Source of the DNA: Candidatus Latescibacterota bacterium
GTDB lineage: Bacteria; Latescibacterota; UBA2968
Reading direction: 5' to 3'
Assembly: GCA_038279365.1 (NCBI GenBank)
Contig: JAYODI010000033.1
Coordinates: 2,940 to 41,264, forward strand
DNA: 38,325 bases
Shown: positions 28,750-35,886 of the stretch, one piece after another
How the letters are laid out: each line of letters begins with the position of its first letter
Numbering within the stretch: position 1 is the first letter of the stretch
Translations under genes and position numbers: made by a program
Notes under the pieces: generated by a model
Told to the model about the DNA's origin: nothing
What the model saw: only the letters and a program-made list of their open reading frames with translations
Database searches by the model: none

Positions 28750-29141
28750 GCCCATCTCCCCTTTCAAAATGCCTGTATCATGCCCACCGGATTTCCAAAC
28801 TCGTTCACGAGTGGGACACCTTGCGTGGCCCCGGCATGGCCATGCCACCCGAAAACATTGACCAACTGCTCTCAGAGATATCACACCCAGATATTGCCAG
28901 CACACACCTAAAAACAGAACACATCACCCCATTGCTCGAACGCATCCAAAAAGCCGAACGCATCCTCATCAACACCCTTATAGACCCCGTTTACCTCAAT
29001 GATGACCGCGATCGCGAAATCATCGTCGCCCGCATCGCATTGTGCAATATCCTCAAACAGTTACGTGAGATGGATGCAAACTTAAGGCCCGTGAATATGC
29101 TTTGGCAAAAAAATGAGGGAGATGAGTGGGCAACCCTTTGA
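28746..29141 (+). CDS. Hypothetical alpha-helical protein
   Basis: 131-aa ORF with ATGA overlap to the upstream gene; fills the gap in a same-strand run. Confidence 0.65.
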   Translation: MSPSPLSKCLYHAHRISKLVHEWDTLRGPGMAMPPENIDQLLSEISHPDIASTHLKTEHITPLLERIQKAERILINTLIDPVYLNDDRDREIIVARIALCNILKQLREMDANLRPVNMLWQKNEGDEWATL

Positions 29142-29148
29142 GAAAACA

Positions 29149-29613
29149 ATGAAAACCGATCAATCCACTTATGAATCCATCGGTTCATTCAAAGCCTATT
29201 GGGTAGACACCTCCGCGCGTATCTTATGGTATGTGCCCATTCTCGGTTTATGGGAAAAATTTATTGTAGGCATGGACAACTCAGAAGTTTTTATATCGCG
29301 CACCGCAGCAGTCGCGTGGAACCTTGGCATTGGTCGTTTACACGGCAAAATACGAGAATGGCTCAGCGCGCTTACGGGCATCACCATACAAAGCCCGCGA
29401 TATAAAAAATTTTTCTTAGACACGCTTACAGGTCTCATCGTCACATCCATATCCTATACGGCATCACTGGCTTTATCAGGTGCATCATTAGAAGAAGCCA
29501 AAATCGCACTGCCATTTGCACTCATATTTGGCCTGGCAACAGGCAGACCGTATGGCCGATATTTGGATTGGTATCGCAAAAAATGGCACACCAAACCCGT
29601 TCTCAATACATAA
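29149..29613 (+). CDS. alaE: AlaE-like L-alanine exporter
   Basis: DT...E.F..GM......SR......N; second repeat D...Y...L...GA...GRPYGRYLDWYR, resembling E. coli AlaE; 4 TM. Confidence 0.75.
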   Translation: MKTDQSTYESIGSFKAYWVDTSARILWYVPILGLWEKFIVGMDNSEVFISRTAAVAWNLGIGRLHGKIREWLSALTGITIQSPRYKKFFLDTLTGLIVTSISYTASLALSGASLEEAKIALPFALIFGLATGRPYGRYLDWYRKKWHTKPVLNT

Positions 29614-29625
29614 CTGGAGTAGATC

Positions 29626-30465
29626 ATGAACAATCTACACATTGCACAAACCAAAAACACGGTTTCCATATTTCGCCCAAATCAAAACGATCCCATCCTC
29701 ACACAACATGCCAAAGCCAACACCCGCGCCTACATCCACCCCATTGTTGCCCCCGATGGCACTGGCATTCTTACCGAAGACACGCCGTCGCACCATCCGT
29801 GGCAACACGGCCTTTATGTGGGCCTTAATGATGTCAACAACATAGGATTTTGGATGGAAGGCCTGCACGAAAAATACAAAACCACAGATGGCACATTTCA
29901 CCCGCATCCCATAACCAATATCACAGCCCAACAAAACCGAGTAACTTGGACAATCATCTCCGATTGGCACAGCCCACAAGGTGAAACTATGCTCACAGAA
30001 ACACAAGCCTGGACCCTCACCGATCAGGGCAGATCTTACAACTTAGACATCACGTGGTCACTGTTGGCCCACACACCACTCACATTTGGGCAATACGATT
30101 ATGGCGGTCTTTTTTTGAGAATGCCCTATAACAAAGACTTGGGTGGTGAAGCCATTAACAGCGAAGGTCAAACCAACAAAGATGCCGAAACAAAACGCGC
30201 CCGTTGGGTTTCTGTATCCATGCCTATTGAAGGGCGCAAAGATTGGGCAGGCATTGCCATGTTTGATCACCCCACCAACCCCGAACACCCCAATCCTTGG
30301 CGCGTAGACAACCAATTGGGTATTGTACCCAGTCGATGTATTGCAGGTGCTTGGACACTTGCTCAAAACGAAACCACAACCAATCGATATCGTCTATCTA
30401 TATTTTGTGGACGCACAAATACCGATCACATTGAAAATCAATGGCAACACTTTTCAAAAACATAG
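29626..30465 (+). CDS. DUF6807/PmoA-like family protein (not a methane monooxygenase)
   Basis: YIHPIVAPDG..LTED.P.HHPWQHGL, YGGLFLR, DHPTN..HP.PW. Confidence 0.75.
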   Translation: MNNLHIAQTKNTVSIFRPNQNDPILTQHAKANTRAYIHPIVAPDGTGILTEDTPSHHPWQHGLYVGLNDVNNIGFWMEGLHEKYKTTDGTFHPHPITNITAQQNRVTWTIISDWHSPQGETMLTETQAWTLTDQGRSYNLDITWSLLAHTPLTFGQYDYGGLFLRMPYNKDLGGEAINSEGQTNKDAETKRARWVSVSMPIEGRKDWAGIAMFDHPTNPEHPNPWRVDNQLGIVPSRCIAGAWTLAQNETTTNRYRLSIFCGRTNTDHIENQWQHFSKT

Positions 30466-30530
30466 AAAATAGATCACGCTGTTAAAAACATCTCGATGTA
30501 TTTTAAGCATCAACACATAAAGGAAAGCAT

Positions 30531-31419
30531 ATGAAAAAAATATCATACTTATTCACTCTCATTACCCTCATCGGTTGGCACACACAAGCACATGCACAAC
30601 GCAACTTTTCAGATGTAGAAATCACCCCCATCAAACTCACAGAAACCGTATACATGTTCACTGGATCAGGAGGCAACATCGGTGTCTCTGTTGGCCCAGA
30701 TGGCGTACTGATTATCGACGATCAATTTGCACCACTGGCCGAAAAAATACAAACAGCCCTCAATAACATTGGCGGGAAAAAACCGTCCTTTATACTCAAC
30801 ACACATTGGCATGGTGATCATACCGGTGGCAACAAAGAATTTGGCAAAGACGGTACCATCATCGCCCACACCAACGTACGCAAACGTTTGGCAGAAGGCC
30901 GTCCCAACGAAAGTCGCCCTACCCCCCCCCGCCCCCAAAGAAGCATTGCCTGTCATCACATTTGATGCCGCACTATCCATTCATTTTAATGGAGAAGAAA
31001 TTCGTGCCCTTCATATTCCACATGGGCATACCGACGGTGATGCTGTCATTACTTTTACAAAGTCCAATATCGTACATATGGGTGATCTATTCTTCAATGG
31101 CCGTTTTCCATTTGTCGATCTCAACAGCGGTGGAACCATAACAGGGTATCTTGCGGGTGTTGAAAAAGTTGTTAACCAACTATCCTCCAATACCCAAATC
31201 ATTCCAGGGCATGGCAACTTGGCAACATTGGACGATCTAAAAATTTTTCACAAAACCCTTACCGAAACCGTCGCAATTATTCATAAACAAATAGATGCAG
31301 GAAAATCACTCGAAGCCATTCAACAAGCCAAACCACTCGAAAAATGGTCCGAGTGGGGCAGTGGTTTTATTTCAACAGACCGCTGGATTGAAACCATTTT
31401 TAACAGTTATAAAAAATGA
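30531..31419 (+). pseudogene. Secreted MBL-fold hydrolase (cyclase-like), frameshifted in a C9 tract
   Basis: N-half (signal peptide, GGNIG, IDDQF, NTHWHGDHTGGN) in one frame; C-half (GHTDGD, HMGDL, IPGHG) in the +1 frame; deleting one C at 30922-30930 joins them. Confidence 0.85.
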
Positions 31420-31432
31420 AGGAACAAAATAG

Positions 31433-32344
31433 ATGATAGAATTTAAAGGCGTTTTTCCCATCCTCATCACACCCTTTGACGACACTGGGGATGTCGATCA
31501 TATCTCTTTTGATCGCATCATTCGTTTTATGACCAAACTTGGCGTCAATGGGGTCACCATCTTAGGCGTGTTGGGTGAATCCAATCGTTTAACAGATGCC
31601 GAACGAGAAGCCCTGATCAAAACAGCCATCGAAGCATCAGAAGGTCAATTACCCATTATTGTAGGCACAAGCCACAGTGGTACACAAGCCACCATATACC
31701 TCAGTCAAATGGCCGAAAAGTTGGGTGCCAGCGGCGTGATGGTTACCCCCTCACGAGAGCCAGTACCCAATGAACAACGGATATTTGAATACTTCCAACA
31801 CGTTGGCAATGCCATTCAAATTCCCATCGTCTTACAAGATCACCCAGCCTCAACACAAGTGCACATGTCCACAGCACTCATGTTGCGCATGATCTCAGAA
31901 ATTCCACAAATTGCCTGCATAAAAGAAGAAGCCACACCCACACCGCCCAAAATAACAGCCCTACGCAATGGCATGGATCGCCCAGTGCCCATCCTCACAG
32001 GTTTGGGTGCACTATATGGTCGATTCGATTTGGAACGTGGCACAGATGGCTTTATGACTGGTTTTGCATTTCCAGAAATCTTAATGGAAATGGTGCATGC
32101 CGCACAAAAAGAAGATTGGGAAAGCCTTCAAAAAATATATGCACAACACCTCCCCCTCCTCGTTTACGAACAACAACCGGGTGTTGCCATTCGCAAAGAA
32201 ATATTCCGTTTACGAGGCCTCATACAAAGCAGTCATGTGCGCCACCCTGGTGCAAGTATAGACCCCAAAACCGCCGAGCAGCTTCAACACGTAATTGAAA
32301 CATCACTGCCCCAAACAGACATCACCCAACCACTGATTCTGTAG
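31433..32344 (+). CDS. Dihydrodipicolinate synthase-like aldolase/dehydratase (non-DapA subfamily)
   Basis: GVFPILITPF; GVLGE in place of GTTGE; LQD in place of LYN; Schiff-base IKEE. Confidence 0.85.
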   Translation: MIEFKGVFPILITPFDDTGDVDHISFDRIIRFMTKLGVNGVTILGVLGESNRLTDAEREALIKTAIEASEGQLPIIVGTSHSGTQATIYLSQMAEKLGASGVMVTPSREPVPNEQRIFEYFQHVGNAIQIPIVLQDHPASTQVHMSTALMLRMISEIPQIACIKEEATPTPPKITALRNGMDRPVPILTGLGALYGRFDLERGTDGFMTGFAFPEILMEMVHAAQKEDWESLQKIYAQHLPLLVYEQQPGVAIRKEIFRLRGLIQSSHVRHPGASIDPKTAEQLQHVIETSLPQTDITQPLIL

Positions 32345-32358
32345 TGCGATAACCAATT

Positions 32359-32398
32359 AAAAAGGCCGTCATCTATAAAGATGACGGCCTTTTTTTTA
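32359..32398. terminator. Bidirectional intrinsic terminator
   Basis: AAAAAGGCCGTCATCT-ataa-AGATGACGGCCTTTTT. Confidence 0.9.
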
Positions 32399-32409
32399 AT
32401 CAGGATATC

Positions 32410-33633
32410 TTATCTTTCACCACTGCGATACAGCAAATACTTTTGACGCGCAATAGAAAAGTGCATCACTTCACGATGCCAGCGCGACCAAATCACTCGT
32501 GGGTCATCACCGCGCATCAACGCCTCACGCACACGACTTGTTCCCATTGCTCGGTCAAAAGCATCATATCGTTCTTTTTTAAAAATTACTTGTTTTGGAT
32601 AATGCTTTAAGATATGAGCCAATATGGCTACCTCTGTGCGTGTCGGTTGAAATCGAGTCGCATCTACCACATCTAAAAACACAGCTTGTATCTTCTTATT
32701 TCTAAGTGATCCTTTTTGAGCTACATAAATAAGCGGCCGAAATCGTACTCCCGGTAATCGCATCATATTCAATTCACGCGCAGACAACTCTGCATTCATC
32801 CATGGCGCCCCCACTAATTGAAAAGGTGTATCAGTACCAATGCCAATACGTAATGTGTACAATTCACCAATTGTTCCTGTTGCGCCATAACACACCGCAG
32901 ATGCAGATGACGGAATGTAGGGAGATGGACTCACCCATTTACGCCCAAGATCTTCCCACGTCATGTTACGCCGATACCCTGCCATGGGTATTACAGTTAG
33001 TTCACAGTTAATATGATGTTCCTTATTCACATATTCGGCCAACTCTCCTACAGTCATTCCATATACACGTGGAACCGGATATAATCCAATAAGTGACAAC
33101 CATTTCTCTTCCGTAATAGGGCCATCTACAGTTAGCCCTCCCAAAGGATTGGGTCGATCTAAAACAATGATACGCTTATCATACGATGCCAGAGTAGCCA
33201 TCAACTTAGTTAGGCTCCACACAAAAGTATAAGACCGACTACCGACATCTTGAATATCATAAACGACAACATCAACGCTTTCTTTTAATGCCTTATGCGA
33301 TTGATGTACCCCATCGCCATAAAGCGAATAAACAGGCAAATTTCTATATTGTGAATCGTCCACTTTTTTACCAGCTTCAACATTGCCATAAATACCATGT
33401 TCAAAAGCGAACAACGCCACCACCTGAACATCGGGATGGTTCACAAGCGCATCTACCATAAACGTACCATTCGCCGTGATGCCCGTCTTGTTTGTCACAA
33501 TTCCCACACGCAAACCACGCACCGTATGTGTGTAGCCATTCAAAAAAACGTCTACACCCATCTGCACCGGTGCCGCCAATATCGTTTGCGCACCTAAAGT
33601 CCAAAACATGATAGATAAGAGGTATTTGTACAT
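32410..33633 (-). CDS. namZ: Exo-beta-N-acetylmuramidase NamZ family (DUF1343)
   Basis: EHG, YSLYG, DIQDVGSRSYTF, LDRPNP, GMTVGEL, W..PSP motifs; signal peptide. Confidence 0.88.
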   Translation of the reverse strand: MYKYLLSIMFWTLGAQTILAAPVQMGVDVFLNGYTHTVRGLRVGIVTNKTGITANGTFMVDALVNHPDVQVVALFAFEHGIYGNVEAGKKVDDSQYRNLPVYSLYGDGVHQSHKALKESVDVVVYDIQDVGSRSYTFVWSLTKLMATLASYDKRIIVLDRPNPLGGLTVDGPITEEKWLSLIGLYPVPRVYGMTVGELAEYVNKEHHINCELTVIPMAGYRRNMTWEDLGRKWVSPSPYIPSSASAVCYGATGTIGELYTLRIGIGTDTPFQLVGAPWMNAELSARELNMMRLPGVRFRPLIYVAQKGSLRNKKIQAVFLDVVDATRFQPTRTEVAILAHILKHYPKQVIFKKERYDAFDRAMGTSRVREALMRGDDPRVIWSRWHREVMHFSIARQKYLLYRSGER

Positions 33634-33636
33634 AAC

Positions 33637-33674
33637 AAAAAAATGGGGCAGCGGCTATAAAGCCTTACTGCCCA
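33637..33674 (-). terminator. Intrinsic terminator between the small HTH gene and namZ
   Basis: Minus strand GGGCAG..GGCT-ttat-AGCC..CTGCCC-CATTTTTTT. Confidence 0.65.
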
Positions 33675-33710
33675 CAATCCTTTTTTAATACATTAAAAAA
33701 CACCTGTCCC

Positions 33711-33935
33711 TTAAGCAGCTTCTACAGCCTGTGCTGCAGCCTGTTCTTTTTTCCATTGCCCAAAAGCTTTCCAATCAATGACTTCGCGCTCGCCCGTGCA
33801 CTTTAAAATGCCAGCCGTCAAATAGGTACGCAAACATTGATGCACTTGTTTGGGAGAAATGTTTAACTGAGCAGCAACAGCTTCTTCCCCAATACCCGTT
33901 GCCAACAACTTTAAAAGCGCTTTGTCGTCCACCAT
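33711..33935 (-). CDS. Small winged-HTH-like protein (74 aa)
   Basis: AAGGAG SD before ATG 33935; EEAVAAQLNISPKQVHQCLRTYLTAGIL HTH pattern. Confidence 0.75.
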   Translation of the reverse strand: MVDDKALLKLLATGIGEEAVAAQLNISPKQVHQCLRTYLTAGILKCTGEREVIDWKAFGQWKKEQAAAQAVEAA

Positions 33936-34094
33936 GACACGCTCCTTATGGTGCAGTTTAAAAACATAATAGATGTATACCACAGTTGTTGGGGGAAACA
34001 ACGAGAAATTACAAAAACATCACAAAGGGGAATTGTCTATTAAGGAGATAACTGACACACCCAAACGCCGTCTGCCCTACACCCACTTTCGGTA

Positions 34095-34122
34095 AATATA
34101 CACATTGATTCATATAATGCAA
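34095..34122 (-). promoter_or_regulatory. Possible sigma70 promoter of the small HTH gene
   Basis: TTGCAT-16-TATATT. Confidence 0.45.
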
Positions 34123-34309
34123 GAAAGAACATCGCCAAAAAACAAGGACATATTTATTGAGTTGTTGTACTACAATAGGTTAGACAAAAAATATATTTCA
34201 TTGAGCACACAAAACACATCCCCTCCAAAATGACAATGCCTATTGCTTGACCATGCGTGGTATAACTTACAAACAAACGTGTATCAAATTACTTTGAGCA
34301 TAAACATAA

Positions 34310-34351
34310 AAAAACGGCAACTGGAACGTTTTATCCAAATTGCCGTTTTTC
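34310..34351. terminator. Bidirectional intrinsic terminator
   Basis: AAAAACGGCAA...TTGCCGTTTTT. Confidence 0.75.
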
Positions 34352-34366
34352 ATAAACTTATACACA

Positions 34367-34633
34367 TTAGCTCAACACAGCCAATGCATCACCCAACACA
34401 GCACGTTGCACAGATCCAGGAACCGCCGCCTCAAACTCTTGAACACGCGCCAAAAGTGACGTCATAGCCACTTGTTGTGCTTCAGAACCAGACATCGCAT
34501 CTATACGGTCACATTCAAAAAGCAAATCTAAGGCCTCACGTGTTACAGGATCAACATAAGGCCTCTTTGGCATAGGCACATCTGCCACAAAAGTATGAAC
34601 CATCGCTTCGGGTAAACCAATCATTGTTTTCAC
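34367..34633 (-). CDS. Small hypothetical protein (~88 aa)
   Basis: AAGGAGG 5 nt before GTG 34633 (alternative ATG 34624); followed by a terminator. Confidence 0.75.
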   Translation of the reverse strand: MKTMIGLPEAMVHTFVADVPMPKRPYVDPVTREALDLLFECDRIDAMSGSEAQQVAMTSLLARVQEFEAAVPGSVQRAVLGDALAVLS

Positions 34634-34783
34634 AGCAACCTCCTTATAGATAAGGGTCGTGCAACACCCGAGCGGGGGAGAAAACAAATATTAAAAAACA
34701 GTGAAAGTGCGCGTGTACCAACACCCAATCAGAAAACAATTTATGTATACAACAAACCATTACTTACTTTATAAACGTTTTAA

Positions 34784-34799
34784 AGCGATATTTGTGCCA
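34784..34799 (-). promoter_or_regulatory. sigma54 (-24/-12) promoter
   Basis: Minus strand TGGCAC-AAATA-TCGCT (GG-N10-GC). Confidence 0.7.
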
Positions 34800-34829
34800 C
34801 ACCAAGCCCATTTATCATACTACATTTAA

Positions 34830-34842
34830 AATCAATAGGTTA
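34830..34842 (+). promoter_or_regulatory. IHF site
   Basis: AATCAA-TAGG-TTA, exact WATCAANNNNTTR, ~31 bp upstream of -24. Confidence 0.6.
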
Positions 34843-34945
34843 AATTGTCATTCGTTTTTTCAATCCATATTTTATCTGCTAAAAATGGTTATTTTTGCTC
34901 ACTTTTGCGACACAAATGTGCAAATAACGACCCACAATACCACAT

Positions 34946-34974
34946 TGACAGGTAACAAACTGTGATTTAACTTG
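34946..34974 (+). promoter_or_regulatory. sigma70-type promoter for PhyH gene
   Basis: TTGACA-17-TAACTT. Confidence 0.6.
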
Positions 34975-35016
34975 TATCCGTCTTTCCCCAAATAAAAACT
35001 TTTAGGAGCTATATTT

Positions 35017-35766
35017 ATGTTCCAAGCCTCTATGAAAACTTTCTACGATACCAATGGCTATCTTGTGGTCAAAAATGTTTTCCAACCCACCGAGTTATCC
35101 GCCATTCACAAACGCATTGAAGAAATTATATCAGACCCCGCAAAAGCACCTGAAGGGGTTCCCGTTGGCAGAGAAGGCGACACTGTCAAAAACAAAAACA
35201 CCACAGCCGCACAAAACACATCCATTCGTGCCCTCGCATTTTTGGTGCGTTTCGATCCCCTGTTTCGCGCATTTGCCAAACAACCCAAACTACTCGAACT
35301 CGTACGGGGGCTCATTGGGCCGCGCATCAAAGTCTTTCGCGACCAAATGTTGCTCAAACCCCCAGGCGGGCAAGCCAAACCTTTACACCAAGATCAAAGC
35401 TACTTTCTCGTTCATCCTCAAAATGACTTGGTAACCGCCTGGATTGCTTTAGATGAAGCCACAGAAAATAATGGTTGTATGAATTATGTCCCCACATCGC
35501 ACAAACACGGCATCTTTGAAATTGAAACAGATCCAGATCGCCCCGTACATCATATTCCCAAGACCAATGGTCTCACGTTGCCAGAAGCTGTGCCATGCCC
35601 AGTACCTGCAGGCTCCATTATATTTCACCATGGGTGCACCTTACACAACAGTGCCGACAACAACACCAATACCTGGCGCAAAGCATTGATTCTCCATTTT
35701 GCAACATCAGATGCAAAGTCTGAACGAGAGCAATTAAATGCAGAGGTCTCATTAGAAATTGATTAG
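35017..35766 (+). CDS. Phytanoyl-CoA dioxygenase family Fe(II)/2OG oxygenase
   Basis: NGYLVV, KPP, HQD, TAWIALDEAT.NNGCM..VP.SH, H..TLH.S..N....R. Confidence 0.9.
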   Translation: MFQASMKTFYDTNGYLVVKNVFQPTELSAIHKRIEEIISDPAKAPEGVPVGREGDTVKNKNTTAAQNTSIRALAFLVRFDPLFRAFAKQPKLLELVRGLIGPRIKVFRDQMLLKPPGGQAKPLHQDQSYFLVHPQNDLVTAWIALDEATENNGCMNYVPTSHKHGIFEIETDPDRPVHHIPKTNGLTLPEAVPCPVPAGSIIFHHGCTLHNSADNNTNTWRKALILHFATSDAKSEREQLNAEVSLEID

Positions 35767-35791
35767 AATACATCTTTTAAAATAAGACCTT

Positions 35792-35824
35792 AAAAGGCGA
35801 ACGATGCGTATCGTTCGCCTTTTT
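35792..35824 (+). terminator. Intrinsic terminator
   Basis: AAAAGGCGAACGAT-gcgt-ATCGTTCGCCTTTT. Confidence 0.85.
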
Positions 35825-35886
35825 GTTTATGAATCCCCACGGTCTTTTTGCTTTGCACACCATCCATTACAAACCTATATTGCGCA

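Noticed and set aside
29626..30465. Methane monooxygenase
   Set aside because: Family name is misleading; soluble beta protein with no pmoCB.
30482..30506. AT-rich palindrome upstream of the MBL gene
   Set aside because: Imperfect and low-complexity; no regulator can be assigned.
34122..34137. sigma54 promoter for the small HTH gene (TGGCGA-N5-TTTCT)
   Set aside because: Lacks the invariant -12 GC; kept only as part of the motif-parallel observation.
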